A DNA stretch of 64,000 nt from Phormidesmis priestleyi Ana (GTDB lineage Bacteria > Cyanobacteriota > Cyanobacteriia > Phormidesmidales > Phormidesmidaceae), in NCBI GenBank assembly GCA_001314865.1, contig LJZR01000023.1, forward strand, positions 857-64,856. The letters run 5' to 3'. The translations under genes and the position numbers were made by a program. Shown here one piece after another: positions 11,203 through 21,823 of the stretch. Below the pieces are notes generated by a model. That model searched no databases, was not told the origin of the DNA, and saw nothing but the letters and a program-made list of their open reading frames with translations. Every line of letters begins with the position of its first letter. Positions within the stretch are counted from its first letter, which is position 1.

Positions 11203-12392
11203 GGCTTGACCAAGTACTCAGACTCAATCGGCTCAACCACACCTTGTTTGGCCAATGCCTGATAGAGAAAAGCCGCTAGCTCAGCGCGAGTCGTTGGCTG
11301 AGTCGGATTGAGCTGCGGTAGCTCAGGATAGTTCACAACCAATCCTCCAACTGTTGCAGCGGCCATTTTTTCATTGGCCCAATTGGGAATCGTATTGGCA
11401 TCCGCATAGCGATCAAGCGAGGCTTGAATATTGGTCGGTGGCTCTATGCCTAGTCCGGTCACTAGGGTAGTGAGCGCTTGCGCCCTAGTCACCGGATCGT
11501 TGGGGGCAAAGGTATCGTTGGGAAAACCGGTCATAAAGCCACCTCTTACTACTTCACCAATCGATTCTTTGGCCCAATAGTCGCCTGTCACATCAGCAAA
11601 TTCTAGATTTTCTTTGTCAGCAGTCAGCTCAAACGTTCTCGACACAATATTGGCAATTTGCGCCCGTGTTACCGGCTGTTCGGGTTTAAAGTCGCCATCT
11701 TGGAAGCCAGAGATGAGTTCTCGACTGCTTAGCGCATCAATATATGGCTTTGCCCAATAGTTGTTAGGAACATCGGCAAACTGTATTGCCTCTTTGGGAG
11801 GTGCTGTTGCAGCAGCCGAGAGCGGCGCAGCAGCAAAATCAGCGGCGACTGGCGGCAGTGGGTCTGGCGTTGGGACAGCAGGGGTTTCTTCGGGCGTAAC
11901 AACCACACCTGTGATACCCGCAGCAGCACCAGCCATACCCGCTTTCACGTCCCCCCAAACATTGTTGCTGCGACGCTCACGCGGCAGACGCGCTGGCAAG
12001 CCGTCTCTTCCGGCTACAGCCCCGGCCCCATCATTACCATCGGCCAAGGCGCGGGCATTTTCTTGATCGACGTCACCTGCTGTCGCTTCGTTGTTTGATC
12101 CTAAAGGAAAGGCAAAAGGTGCGCCGCCATCTTCGTCAGAACTCACGATAGAATTGTCAGCACTTGCGAGTGACTCGCTAAACAAGTCGATTCCACCGCG
12201 TGTGAGTCCCCATAGCAAAACGCTACCCAAAGAGAGAAAAGCGACAAACAGCGCCACCACTTCATCAAAGGTGAGCGGTCGGCTCGGGCCAGTGGTTTGA
12301 CCAACGACGCGCTCATCTTCACGCCGGGGGGTGTCAGCAGCACTGGTCGAAGGATTATTCTCATTAGGGGGCTCTAAGGGAGATTGGGTCAC
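11199..12392 (-). CDS. Membrane-anchored S-layer homology (SLH) domain protein
   Basis: One TM helix near N-terminus; three SLH repeats (FADVPNNYWA..TRAQ, FADVTGDYWA..TRAQ, ..TRAE). Confidence 0.85.
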   Translation of the reverse strand: MTQSPLEPPNENNPSTSAADTPRREDERVVGQTTGPSRPLTFDEVVALFVAFLSLGSVLLWGLTRGGIDLFSESLASADNSIVSSDEDGGAPFAFPLGSNNEATAGDVDQENARALADGNDGAGAVAGRDGLPARLPRERRSNNVWGDVKAGMAGAAAGITGVVVTPEETPAVPTPDPLPPVAADFAAAPLSAAATAPPKEAIQFADVPNNYWAKPYIDALSSRELISGFQDGDFKPEQPVTRAQIANIVSRTFELTADKENLEFADVTGDYWAKESIGEVVRGGFMTGFPNDTFAPNDPVTRAQALTTLVTGLGIEPPTNIQASLDRYADANTIPNWANEKMAAATVGGLVVNYPELPQLNPTQPTTRAELAAFLYQALAKQGVVEPIESEYLVKP

Positions 12393-12529
12393 AGGAGTAC
12401 TCGCCTCAACAAATAAATTATGATGGGTTCTTCATCAAATAAATACCATACAACCTGATCAAACATGCTGGTTGGATAGGGAGCTGTGGCATTAGATATG
12501 ATGAAATTCTAAATGGATTTCGATGGCTT

Positions 12530-14593
12530 ATGACAAATCGGTTGACTCACAGCAGCAGTTTGTATTTGAGAAAGCATGCTGAGAATCCGGTTGACTGGTG
12601 GCCCTGGTGCGACGAGGCGTTGGCAACAGCAGCGCGTGAGAATAAACCAATCTTTCTCTCGATTGGTTATTCGAGCTGTCACTGGTGTACGGTCATGGAA
12701 GGAGAGGCCTTTTCGGATGCGGCGATCGCAGCCTATCTCAATGCCAACTTTTTGCCGATTAAGGTAGACCGCGAAGAGCGCCCCGATATCGACAGCATTT
12801 ATATGCAGGCCTTGCAGATGATTGCGGGGCAGGGCGGCTGGCCGCTCAACATTTTTTTAACCCCAGACGATCAGGTTCCTTTTTACGGCGGCACCTACTT
12901 TCCGGTAGAACCTCGGTATGGGCGTCCGGGCTTCTTGCAGGTGCTGCAAGCACTGCGGAACCTGTATGACACTGACACTGAGAAGGTCGCTTCGGTAAAG
13001 TCACAAATTTTAGGTGGGCTCAGGCAGTCGGCGCAGCTTGCAGCAGGAGAGTTGGATGATGCAGTTTTGCGCAGGGGCATTCATGCCTGTGGGCGATCGC
13101 TCATGCCTTTTGATGTGGGCAATCGGTTTCCGATGATTCCTTACGCCCAACTGGTGCTGCAAGGCGATCGCCTGATATCTTCAGCGACCAATTCAGACGA
13201 GCCTCTTATTGACGGCACACACCTTGCCCGTCAAAGGGCGCTGAATCTGGTCACGGGCGGTATTTTTGACCATGTAGCAGGCGGGTTTCATCGCTACACC
13301 GTAGACCCCACTTGGACAGTGCCGCATTTTGAAAAGATGCTGTACGACAACGGACTGATTGTGGGTTTCTTGGCCGAGGTTTGGCAAAGTGGAGAAAAGG
13401 CCGAGGCCATTGCTCGCGCAGTAGACGCCACGGTGAGCTGGCTAAAGCGTGAAATGAAATCGCCTCAAGGCTTTTTCTATGCTGCGCAGGATGCTGATAA
13501 CTTTGCTCAGGCCGATGCAGCTGAGCCTGAAGAAGGCGACTTTTACGTTTGGTCAATGTCTGAAATCGAAGCATTGCTTAACCAAGCAGAACTCGCTGAA
13601 CTCATGAAAGCGTTTACGGTGAGCGAGTCAGGCAACTTTGAAGGGCGCAATGTCTTGCAACGCCAAGGCAGTGGGCCGCTAAACGAAACGGTAGAGACGG
13701 CCTTACAAAAGCTCTTTAAGCATCGGTATGGCACACTACCGGCAGAAACCATCATATTTGCACCGGCGGTCGATGCGCAGGCGGCCAAGGAAAATAACTG
13801 GCCCGGACGAATTCCTCCAGTGACCGATACAAAAATGATTGTGGCCTGGAACGCGCTAATGATTTCGGGACTGGCTAAAGCCGCCAAGGTGTTTGACAGA
13901 GCCGACTATTTGGCGCTGGCGATAGAAGCCGCTGAGTTTATTCAACAGCGGCAGCAAGTCGGCGATGCTTTTTATCGACTCAACTATGACGGGCAGGTTG
14001 CCGTTTTAGCGCAGTCGGAAGACTATGCTCTGTTCATCCAAGCGTTGTTAGATATTCAGCAATCATGCCTGAAGTTCGATGACTACAGAGAACAAGAGGC
14101 AAATTGGCTGGCGAGTGCGATCGCGCTTCAAGCTCAGTTTGATCGAACCCTGGGCAGTGAGCAAGGGGGATATTTTAATGCGAGCAGCGATCTCATTGTG
14201 CAGGAGCGGGCCTATCAAGACAGTGCGGTGCCTTCGGCCAATGGCATTGCGATCGCCAATTTAATTCGCCTATTTCTTCTTACCGAAAATTTGGACTATC
14301 TCAGCCATGCCGAAGCAGCCCTAAAATCCTTTAGCACCATGCTACAAAAAGCACCCCGAGCCTGCCCTAGCTTGCTCAATGCTCTAGACTGGTTCATCCA
14401 TCCCACGCTCATTCGAACCACTGCCGAGCAAATGCCTCAATTACAAGCCTGGCCGTTGCAAACAGCAGTCATCAAACTAGAGCCAACGCTGCCTGAAGGA
14501 ACGGTTGGTATGGTCTGTGAAGGACTGCTCTGCCGCAAACCTGCCGCTGATATAGCAATGATGAAAGCACAAGTTGAACAGAGTCAGCGCTAG
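12530..14593 (+). CDS. Thioredoxin-domain protein YyaL/SPATA20 family
   Basis: [43 protein letters not shown]. Confidence 0.9.
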   Translation: MTNRLTHSSSLYLRKHAENPVDWWPWCDEALATAARENKPIFLSIGYSSCHWCTVMEGEAFSDAAIAAYLNANFLPIKVDREERPDIDSIYMQALQMIAGQGGWPLNIFLTPDDQVPFYGGTYFPVEPRYGRPGFLQVLQALRNLYDTDTEKVASVKSQILGGLRQSAQLAAGELDDAVLRRGIHACGRSLMPFDVGNRFPMIPYAQLVLQGDRLISSATNSDEPLIDGTHLARQRALNLVTGGIFDHVAGGFHRYTVDPTWTVPHFEKMLYDNGLIVGFLAEVWQSGEKAEAIARAVDATVSWLKREMKSPQGFFYAAQDADNFAQADAAEPEEGDFYVWSMSEIEALLNQAELAELMKAFTVSESGNFEGRNVLQRQGSGPLNETVETALQKLFKHRYGTLPAETIIFAPAVDAQAAKENNWPGRIPPVTDTKMIVAWNALMISGLAKAAKVFDRADYLALAIEAAEFIQQRQQVGDAFYRLNYDGQVAVLAQSEDYALFIQALLDIQQSCLKFDDYREQEANWLASAIALQAQFDRTLGSEQGGYFNASSDLIVQERAYQDSAVPSANGIAIANLIRLFLLTENLDYLSHAEAALKSFSTMLQKAPRACPSLLNALDWFIHPTLIRTTAEQMPQLQAWPLQTAVIKLEPTLPEGTVGMVCEGLLCRKPAADIAMMKAQVEQSQR

Positions 14594-14722
14594 CTCGGGC
14601 CTGCCGTCAATAACGACTATTTGAACTAACGACTATTTGAACTGCTGTTTGCAATCAGCTGCACCTGAGAAATTGGTTCTGGTGCGACTGCCATGATTGA
14701 ACGACATACACCCTATACATCC

Positions 14723-15907
14723 CTATGCATTAGTTGCAGAGAAGCGAATTTTGAGATAGTCATCTTCCATTTTGGCACCGGAGGGCTGAAGAGCCGCTAG
14801 CGCTTGAGGCAATACTAAATTGCGGCGATGGTTGCCAATTCTAATATTTAGCTCATCAGCGGTTTTGCTCAGCTCTACCTGATCTTTTGGAATGCCGGGT
14901 AAGTACAGTTCTAAACTGTAGTTATTTTCCTCTTGCACTACTCGCAACGTGGTTTCTTTGTAGTACACCTGCGCCGCATCTTCGTCTCCATATAGCGTTT
15001 CTTTGAGTCGCTCTAGCGCTTCTAGACCGCACATTTCCTCCGAATACAGCGGAATTTCTCTCACGGGCAAAGGATGGAAGTTCTCATGGATTTCTTTTTT
15101 GTACTGGGTTTGCTGATCTTTCCAGCGCTGAAAAAAGGGATCGCTGACGGTGTCGGGGATAATGCGATTGGCGACAACCATGTCAGTGCCAACGTTATAC
15201 AAACTGAGATAAGCATGGGCACGTAACGACTCTTTAATCACCATTTTTTCAGGGTTGGTAACCAGTCTGACAGAGGTAATGGTGGGATCAGAGAGGATTT
15301 TCTCAAGCGCTTCTAGCTGCTCATAAAACTCGTAGGGCGCGTCCATGACCTCTTTGGTAGGTAAAGAGAAGCCTGCTACAGGGCGAAAGAACGGCTCAAC
15401 TAAAGGCCGCAGAGCCGTAGAAACAGCCTGAAAAGGTTTGTAGAGCTTACGCATGTACCAGCCTGCAACTTCAGGGAGGCTGAGCAGTCGCAGCGCAGTT
15501 CCCGTCGGAGCAGAGTCAATAATGAGGACATCGAATTCGGCTTCATCATAGTGGCGTTTCATACGCACTAGGCTAAAGATTTCGTCCATGCCGGGTAAAA
15601 TGGCTAGCTCTTCAGCTTCGATCCCTTCGAGGCCTCGGGCCTGTAATACTTGGGTGATGTAGCGTTTTACAGCGCCCCAATTGCCTTCTAACTCACGCAG
15701 GGCGTCGAGTTCTGCGCCCCATAGGTTGGGCTTAATTTCTTTGGGGTCATGGCTGAGTTCGGTGTCAAAGCTATCAGCGAGCGAATGAGCCGGATCGGTG
15801 CTGAGTACGAGCGTTTTGTGGCCGACTTCTGCACAGCGTAAGCCGGTTGCAGCTGCAACTGAGGTTTTGCCCACCCCACCTTTTCCGGTCATTAAAATTA
15901 CGCGCAT
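14723..15907 (-). CDS. ArsA/GET3 (TRC40) family ATPase with C-terminal Hsp20-like domain
   Basis: [22 protein letters not shown]; C-terminal [11 protein letters not shown]. Confidence 0.9.
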   Translation of the reverse strand: MRVILMTGKGGVGKTSVAAATGLRCAEVGHKTLVLSTDPAHSLADSFDTELSHDPKEIKPNLWGAELDALRELEGNWGAVKRYITQVLQARGLEGIEAEELAILPGMDEIFSLVRMKRHYDEAEFDVLIIDSAPTGTALRLLSLPEVAGWYMRKLYKPFQAVSTALRPLVEPFFRPVAGFSLPTKEVMDAPYEFYEQLEALEKILSDPTITSVRLVTNPEKMVIKESLRAHAYLSLYNVGTDMVVANRIIPDTVSDPFFQRWKDQQTQYKKEIHENFHPLPVREIPLYSEEMCGLEALERLKETLYGDEDAAQVYYKETTLRVVQEENNYSLELYLPGIPKDQVELSKTADELNIRIGNHRRNLVLPQALAALQPSGAKMEDDYLKIRFSATNA

Positions 15908-16142
15908 AGCAATCAGGCCCGCTTAAGAAAGTTAACGTTCCTTTACTTTAACGATTTTTGCCAACGATTTTTGGGTGATTTTTGATCGCTCTAAAAATTT
16001 TCAAGGTGTGCGTTGATCACTGCCTATGCTAGGAATATCAATATGTGTGCAGCTGAACGAGCGATGTAGCGATCGCACTAGCTAAGTCGGCTAGCCCATA
16101 CTGGCCAAAAAGAAGAAATATCGAAGAAATATCGAAGAAATA

Positions 16143-17456
16143 TCATTGGGCTGTCGTTTGGCGGTTTAAAGTTGCCTCCGGCAGAATCAACATGGCATCC
16201 CCAAATGAGTAAAAACGATATTCGCTTTGGATAGCGACTTCGTAAAGGGCTAGCAGCCGCTCCCGCCCAATCAACGCGCTCACCATCATCATCAGGCTAG
16301 ATCCAGGTAAGTGGAAGTTGGTAATGAGCCCATCAATGACCCGCCATTGGTAGCCGGGATAAATAAATAGTTCAGTTTTGCCATTGTAAGGTTGAAGTTT
16401 GCCACTAATGGCTGCTGCGCCTTCTAGTGCCCGAGTGGAGGTTGTGCCAACCGCAATGACTCTGCCGCCATTGGCCTTGGTCTGCTGAATTTTTTCAACA
16501 GTGGCTGCGGGCACTTCAATGCGTTCCTGATGCATTTGATGCGTTTCAATATCGCTCACTTCTACAGGGCGAAAGGTGCCGATACCTACATGCAGTGTAA
16601 CTTCAGCAGTTTGAATGTTTTTTTCTGCAAGCTCAGTCAATAGACGATCGGTAAAATGCAGCCCGGCAGTAGGGGCCGCTACACTGCCAACAAGTGATGC
16701 TGTTGACGGGTTTTCGGCTGATTTTTCACCTAGGCTTGTGCCTGTGCGCTGGCTCTGTTTGCGGGCATAAATCGTTTGATATTGCTCCGGCAGCGAGTTG
16801 GACTGTGTGATGTAGGGCGGCAGCGGAATCTGGCCGAGCTGATAGATGATTTCTTCAATGGTGCGATCGCCCTGTGGAATCAGCCTCAAAACGCGGCCAT
16901 TGGTCGATTCATCTCGCGACTCCACTAGGGCATGCATCATCGGACTTTCCGGCTCACCAAACACAATCGTGGCACCCGGCTGTAACCGCCGCCCAGGTTT
17001 TACCAAGGCTAGCCAACGGTCAGCATCTATAGGCTCTATGAGTAAAACTTCAACGACAGCGCTACCCACAGAATACGTAGACTGAGCCCCAGACCGAGTC
17101 TCATTAAGTAAATCGTCAGCCGGTGAAGTATTTGAACGGAAAGTATCAATTTGTTTCCTACCAAACAGTCTCGCGGGAATCACTCGCGTATTATTGAGAA
17201 CTAACAGGTCACCTGGCAGCAGTAGCTCAGCTAAATCGCGGAAGTGACGATGTTGATAATTTTGGGCTTTTTCGGCCACGGCTTTTTCGGCCACCGCTTT
17301 TTCGGCCACAGCTTTTTCGGCCACAGCTTCTTTAACCACTAGCAGTCTGGAACTATCTCGCGGCGTAACCGGATTTTGAGCGATTAACGCAGCAGGCAAA
17401 TGGTAGTTGTAGGCGGAAAGCTGCCGATCACGGCTAGTTGGTGAACACTGCGCCAT
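16143..17456 (-). CDS. queA: S-adenosylmethionine:tRNA ribosyltransferase-isomerase QueA (start re-assigned to ATG 17456)
   Basis: LIAQNP..RDSSRLL, NNTRVIPARL, PLPPYI, AAPTAGLHF, TNFHLP, YRFYSFGDAM. Confidence 0.92.
   Translation of the reverse strand: MAQCSPTSRDRQLSAYNYHLPAALIAQNPVTPRDSSRLLVVKEAVAEKAVAEKAVAEKAVAEKAQNYQHRHFRDLAELLLPGDLLVLNNTRVIPARLFGRKQIDTFRSNTSPADDLLNETRSGAQSTYSVGSAVVEVLLIEPIDADRWLALVKPGRRLQPGATIVFGEPESPMMHALVESRDESTNGRVLRLIPQGDRTIEEIIYQLGQIPLPPYITQSNSLPEQYQTIYARKQSQRTGTSLGEKSAENPSTASLVGSVAAPTAGLHFTDRLLTELAEKNIQTAEVTLHVGIGTFRPVEVSDIETHQMHQERIEVPAATVEKIQQTKANGGRVIAVGTTSTRALEGAAAISGKLQPYNGKTELFIYPGYQWRVIDGLITNFHLPGSSLMMMVSALIGRERLLALYEVAIQSEYRFYSFGDAMLILPEATLNRQTTAQ
17266..17325. 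repeat. In-frame 15-nt tandem repeat x4 inside queA (encodes EKAVA-type repeats)
   Basis: GCTTTTTCGGCCAC(G/C/A) at 17266, 17281, 17296, 17311. Confidence 0.95.
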
Positions 17457-17533
17457 AATAGAATTGAGCGTTTTATGATCCACTGAGCAATAAACAAAAC
17501 TATTAGACTGTAGCACTCCCATTACTCTAGGCG

Positions 17534-17923
17534 ATGGAATATATCTATTATCTGACGAATGCAAGCCTGACCCTACGCGTAGTTGAACGCTTGCTGGGGG
17601 TGACACAGTTACCGCTTGAATTTATCACAGTCATTCATCAAATCAATGGTTGGATAGTTAAGGTAAAACTCCATGACAGCGTCAGCATTCGAGCACAGCA
17701 CAATTTCTCGGCATTCTTGAATGAAATTGGCACTGCTCACGAACCCGGCATTCGAGTCCGGATGGCGCTTTGGGGTCTAGAGATGGGACAGTCTGCGGTG
17801 GATGTGATGCGGCGATATCAGGTCGCGGTGGTGTCTCATGGCAAGCCCGACCGGCGAGAGATTGAAGAGTTTCGTCAGCAGTTTGTAACCGGGCTCGGCT
17901 ATTGCCCTGAGACACTTGCCTAA
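17534..17923 (+). CDS. Hypothetical protein, likely conserved in cyanobacteria
   Basis: 129 aa ORF with globular composition; divergent from queA. Confidence 0.7.
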   Translation: MEYIYYLTNASLTLRVVERLLGVTQLPLEFITVIHQINGWIVKVKLHDSVSIRAQHNFSAFLNEIGTAHEPGIRVRMALWGLEMGQSAVDVMRRYQVAVVSHGKPDRREIEEFRQQFVTGLGYCPETLA

Positions 17924-17966
17924 AAAGCATAAAGCTCATGTTCTTACGCTTCTGGATTTTAGAACT

Positions 17967-18464
17967 TCAAAAGGCATTACGAAGGTACGTTTGTAGGCTC
18001 AGATATTTTTGACAGTTGGGCAGTTGCAGACTCAGTTGGTTGAGAGGTCGGGAATTTTCACAGCGAACGAGTGCAATATCAAACCGACAGGGCAACTGTG
18101 ATAAGTGAGGATGCCTGACCAAAAAGTAGCGTGCCGTCGTTCGTAGCTTGTTTTGTTTTGAACGAGTGACCGCTAGCAGGCCGTCGGCATCCCAGTTGCC
18201 TTGACTGCGAGTTTTCACTTCAACGAAGGCCAACATTTCACAGCGCAGTGCGCCTTGGCCGCTCCACCCTCGGACAATTAAATCGATTTCCCCAAAGCGA
18301 GAGTGCCACTGCCGCTGGACTATTTTGCAGTTTTTTTGAATCAGCCACTGAGCAACTAGCTGCTCACCCAATGCACCGAGTTCTTGGGCGGGCAAAAGAG
18401 GGGAGGAATCGGATGGAGAGAAATCGGGTGGAGGGGAGAAATCAGGTGGAGGGGAGGCTGCCAT
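17967..18464 (-). CDS. YraN family (UPF0102) putative endonuclease
   Basis: GALGEQLV, GEIDLI, FVEVKTRS, CRFDI. Confidence 0.88.
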   Translation of the reverse strand: MAASPPPDFSPPPDFSPSDSSPLLPAQELGALGEQLVAQWLIQKNCKIVQRQWHSRFGEIDLIVRGWSGQGALRCEMLAFVEVKTRSQGNWDADGLLAVTRSKQNKLRTTARYFLVRHPHLSQLPCRFDIALVRCENSRPLNQLSLQLPNCQKYLSLQTYLRNAF

Positions 18465-18523
18465 GAAAAATAAGCCGGCTCAATACTCAGCATCTTGCCT
18501 CTAGTTTTCCCGCTATAGGGCGC

Positions 18524-20554
18524 TTACTGCACCCAAGGCACGCTAGCGAGGTCGGCAAAATCTACGCTGCGCTCTTTCTCTAGCTGCGCAATCCGGTTTT
18601 TCTCAGCAACAATCTGCTTTTGATATTGAGCGTGCTTGTCGGGAGAGTCAGTAAAATCGCTGCTTGACCACAGGTTGAGGAGAAGACGATATCGCTTTTC
18701 GCACATGTTTTTTTCTAGGCAGGCGATCGCAGCTCGAATCACTAGGGGCTCTCGGAGCACATCTAGCTTAGTCTTTTCCTCTAAATAGAGCAGATGATTA
18801 ACCATCGATAACGGGCCAGTCGATTCAGCTGCGAAGTTTCTGAGGGTTTCTAGTAGATTCGCAGACTGACCTGAAGGCTGACCTGAGGGCTGACCTGAAA
18901 AGTTATCTAAAGACTTATTTAAAAACGACGCTGATGACGAGTCACCTAGCGAATCATGCGAATCATGCAAATCATGAGGCTCTGCATCGGCCAGCGCCAA
19001 CAGCATGCGCCATAGAGAGCGATGATGAGAAAAATTAAAGCCCAAATCTCGAATTTCAAGGCCCTCGACAATGGCTTGTCGGTGCTCAGGGCTGTGAATG
19101 TAGATGCGCAACAGCGCGGCCTCTGCTTCTTCTAAAAAGCTGCGATTAAGGACTTGAACGTCGTTGGTGGGCTGTGTTTTTTGATCGCCAGGGGTACGTC
19201 GTTTGCGGCGAACTTGAGCGAGCAAGTTTTCAGCCAAAAGCGGCACAATACGGCCATCGCCCTGACTAAACAGTTCGGCACAGTGGCGAATGTAGTACGT
19301 GCGAGTATCTGCGTTGGCAATATCGCTGAGCAGTCCGACAACGGCCTGAGAAGCCTGCTGAAACTGGTCGGCCTGCTTGAGGTCGCGATCGCTCACCAGC
19401 TTATTGATTTGCCAGTCGAGCCAGAGCGGAGCCTGATCGGCCAAGGCAATATATTCCTCGGCGGTGTGAACGCGCAGATAGTCATCGGGGTCTTTGCCGT
19501 CAGGAATATTGAGGATGCGCAGCTGAACATCGCCGCGATAGGCCATATCAGCGACCTCACCAATGCCTCTTTCAGCCGCTTTAACGCCCGCTGTATCGGC
19601 ATCAAAATTAAAAATAATCTGCTTAGACTCGGTATAGCGCAGCAGCTGCTTTACCTGCCCTGCATTGAGCGCAGTCCCCAAGGAGGCCACAGCGCAGGTA
19701 ATCCCCGCCGCGTGGAGGGCAATCACATCAAAGTAGCCCTCAACGACAATGGCACGGTCTTGCTGGGCGATCGCAGCTTTAGCCTTGTCTAAGCCGTACA
19801 GCGTCTTGCCTTTATCAAACAGCTCGGTCTCAGGAGAATTCAAATATTTAGGCTTGTCTGCATCGGTGAGCGCTCTGCCGCCAAAGCCGATCAGACGATT
19901 TTGAGCATCATGGATGGGCACCATGAGGCGATCGCGAAACCGGTCGTAATAGCCACTTCCCTCCTTACGCGGCACAATCAGTCCCGCCTGCTCTACCAAA
20001 CTGACTGGATAGCGTTTTTGATCAACGAGGTAGCCATAAAGCGTTTGCCAGCCTTCAGGCGCATACCCCAACAGAAAATGCTTAATCGTGGCATCACTCA
20101 GCTTGCGAGCGTCCCGCAAGTAGGCCAACGCCTTTTGCCCATCGGGTTGAAACAGCGCATGCTCATAAAACTTAGCCGCCACAGCCACAATTTCATACAG
20201 TTGCTCGCGCAAAGTAAGCTTATGCTGTAGCGCTTGCTGCTGCGCTGGCTCCATTGTGGTGACAGGCACCTGATAGCGCTTAGCTAAGTCTAAAACAACC
20301 TCTGAAAAAGAGCGTTGCCCCAGCTCCATCATAAATTTAAAGACATTTCCCCCCGCTCCGCAGCTAAAGCAATAGTAAAACTGCTTACTCGGACTCACAC
20401 TAAAGCTAGGCGACTTATCATCGTGAAAAGGGCACAGACCAACGAAGTCTTTCCCTTGCTTTTTAAGCACAACCTGTTCAGAAACAATATCAACCAGGTC
20501 GGCCCGCTCACGAACTTCTTCAATAGTATGGGGATGAATGCGAGGGCTGCTCAT
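18524..20554 (-). CDS. dnaG: DNA primase
   Basis: Zn finger CPFH..CFSC, KYLNSPET, TOPRIM VEGYFDV and FDAD, KDPDD. Confidence 0.95.
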   Translation of the reverse strand: MSSPRIHPHTIEEVRERADLVDIVSEQVVLKKQGKDFVGLCPFHDDKSPSFSVSPSKQFYYCFSCGAGGNVFKFMMELGQRSFSEVVLDLAKRYQVPVTTMEPAQQQALQHKLTLREQLYEIVAVAAKFYEHALFQPDGQKALAYLRDARKLSDATIKHFLLGYAPEGWQTLYGYLVDQKRYPVSLVEQAGLIVPRKEGSGYYDRFRDRLMVPIHDAQNRLIGFGGRALTDADKPKYLNSPETELFDKGKTLYGLDKAKAAIAQQDRAIVVEGYFDVIALHAAGITCAVASLGTALNAGQVKQLLRYTESKQIIFNFDADTAGVKAAERGIGEVADMAYRGDVQLRILNIPDGKDPDDYLRVHTAEEYIALADQAPLWLDWQINKLVSDRDLKQADQFQQASQAVVGLLSDIANADTRTYYIRHCAELFSQGDGRIVPLLAENLLAQVRRKRRTPGDQKTQPTNDVQVLNRSFLEEAEAALLRIYIHSPEHRQAIVEGLEIRDLGFNFSHHRSLWRMLLALADAEPHDLHDSHDSLGDSSSASFLNKSLDNFSGQPSGQPSGQSANLLETLRNFAAESTGPLSMVNHLLYLEEKTKLDVLREPLVIRAAIACLEKNMCEKRYRLLLNLWSSSDFTDSPDKHAQYQKQIVAEKNRIAQLEKERSVDFADLASVPWVQ

Positions 20555-20571
20555 ACAAAACCGTGAAAAAG

Positions 20572-21210
20572 TTATTCATCTAAGTCATTATCATCGTCCA
20601 CGCGTCCTGGAAGCGCCGACATATGATCTTCTACTGCCCGCGCCGCCGCTAAAATATCGCGCTCAGCACCGCCCAAATAAAGGCGACCAAAGCTACCAAT
20701 GGCAGAAATTTGTAAGATATTAATGAAAGCAGCTTTTTCCGCTTCATTCGCCGCCAAGGCAGCATAGGCAGCAGGCTGACACTCCATAACATATAGCGTT
20801 TGACCCGCCAAAATCATCTGCCCTCGGCGAGTACGGTTAATCAACTGTACATGGTGCGGATCGAGATTGCGAATCACCTGACTAGACATCAGCTCAGGCT
20901 TCAGCGAATCGCGCTGTGTCAAACCCAGATATGCCAAAATCGCTCGGCCAGCCGCCTTAACTTCCCCTTGACTGCCATGAATTTCTAACACACCGTAGAG
21001 TCTTTCTACCATCTGCACGCCAGGGCGCACAACGGCCGACTTAAGGGCAACATCAGTTATGCGGTTGATCTCAATGCCCGGCGAAACCTCAATCCACAGA
21101 GAGGCGTCACCCGGTAGCGGCAAAAATCCAATAGAGACAGTGCCAATATATGCGGCATGCTGAGCCTGAAGGTTGTCAAGATAAACGTAGCTGCGAAGTT
21201 CTACACCCAA
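20572..21210 (-). CDS. ccmP: Beta-carboxysome shell protein CcmP (tandem BMC, circularly permuted)
   Basis: [42 protein letters not shown]. Confidence 0.88.
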   Translation of the reverse strand: MGVELRSYVYLDNLQAQHAAYIGTVSIGFLPLPGDASLWIEVSPGIEINRITDVALKSAVVRPGVQMVERLYGVLEIHGSQGEVKAAGRAILAYLGLTQRDSLKPELMSSQVIRNLDPHHVQLINRTRRGQMILAGQTLYVMECQPAAYAALAANEAEKAAFINILQISAIGSFGRLYLGGAERDILAAARAVEDHMSALPGRVDDDNDLDE

Positions 21211-21649
21211 GGGTTTGCCGAATAAGTTTTTTTTGCAATTAAACAGGTCATGACCAAAATTTACACTCCGCTATTGCACCGGAGTGCGTCATTTACACTA
21301 ACTTAATAGTACGAGGCGACTGAACCATTTGTGCGTAATCGCGACGAGAAGTTCTAGAGTTTCTGTGGATTCACTTGAGTTTTCAAGATTTAGATGAAGC
21401 TGTAGTAAATTCAATTAGCAAACTTTAGAAATCATGTGAAGAGACTTTGGACAAAGATGTCGAAAAGGAGTTTAAAAAACATCTAGATGCTTTGATGTAT
21501 AAGGTTTATCGCTATTCTTTTTATAATTTATTTAGATGTAGCTAGCAGCACTAAAAAAGTTGCTTGCTTATACGCTCGCAACAACTGGGGTTGATCTAGA
21601 ACAATAGAGTTAGAGTTCTAGAATTTCGTCACTATATACAGTAATTATT

Positions 21650-21823
21650 ATGCGTTCACGTAAAACGGCCCAATCGTCTGGCGCAGGCTCCAATATCGGC
21701 GCCGATCAGTCGGATTCTTCTTCTTCACGAGGGCAAGCTAACCATAACGATCAAGATGTTATCTGCTTAGTTTATCCAGATGGCAGCATCAGAACCGTTG
21801 TTCCTGAAGTAGGCAAGTTTTGA
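21650..21823 (+). CDS. Possible small ORF (57 aa) coupled to comF
   Basis: ATG..TGA hand-translated; stop overlaps the comF TTG start by 4 nt. Confidence 0.35.
   Translation: MRSRKTAQSSGAGSNIGADQSDSSSSRGQANHNDQDVICLVYPDGSIRTVVPEVGKF

Noticed and set aside
14723-15907. ArsA as an arsenic-resistance determinant
   Set aside because: Single ATPase domain with Hsp20-like tail and no arsB/arsC/arsR nearby; fits the GET3-like cyanobacterial class
17457-17606. Long N-terminal extension of QueA from the ORF track
   Set aside because: It overlaps the divergent 17534 gene and precedes the conserved QueA start region; ATG 17456 is more plausible
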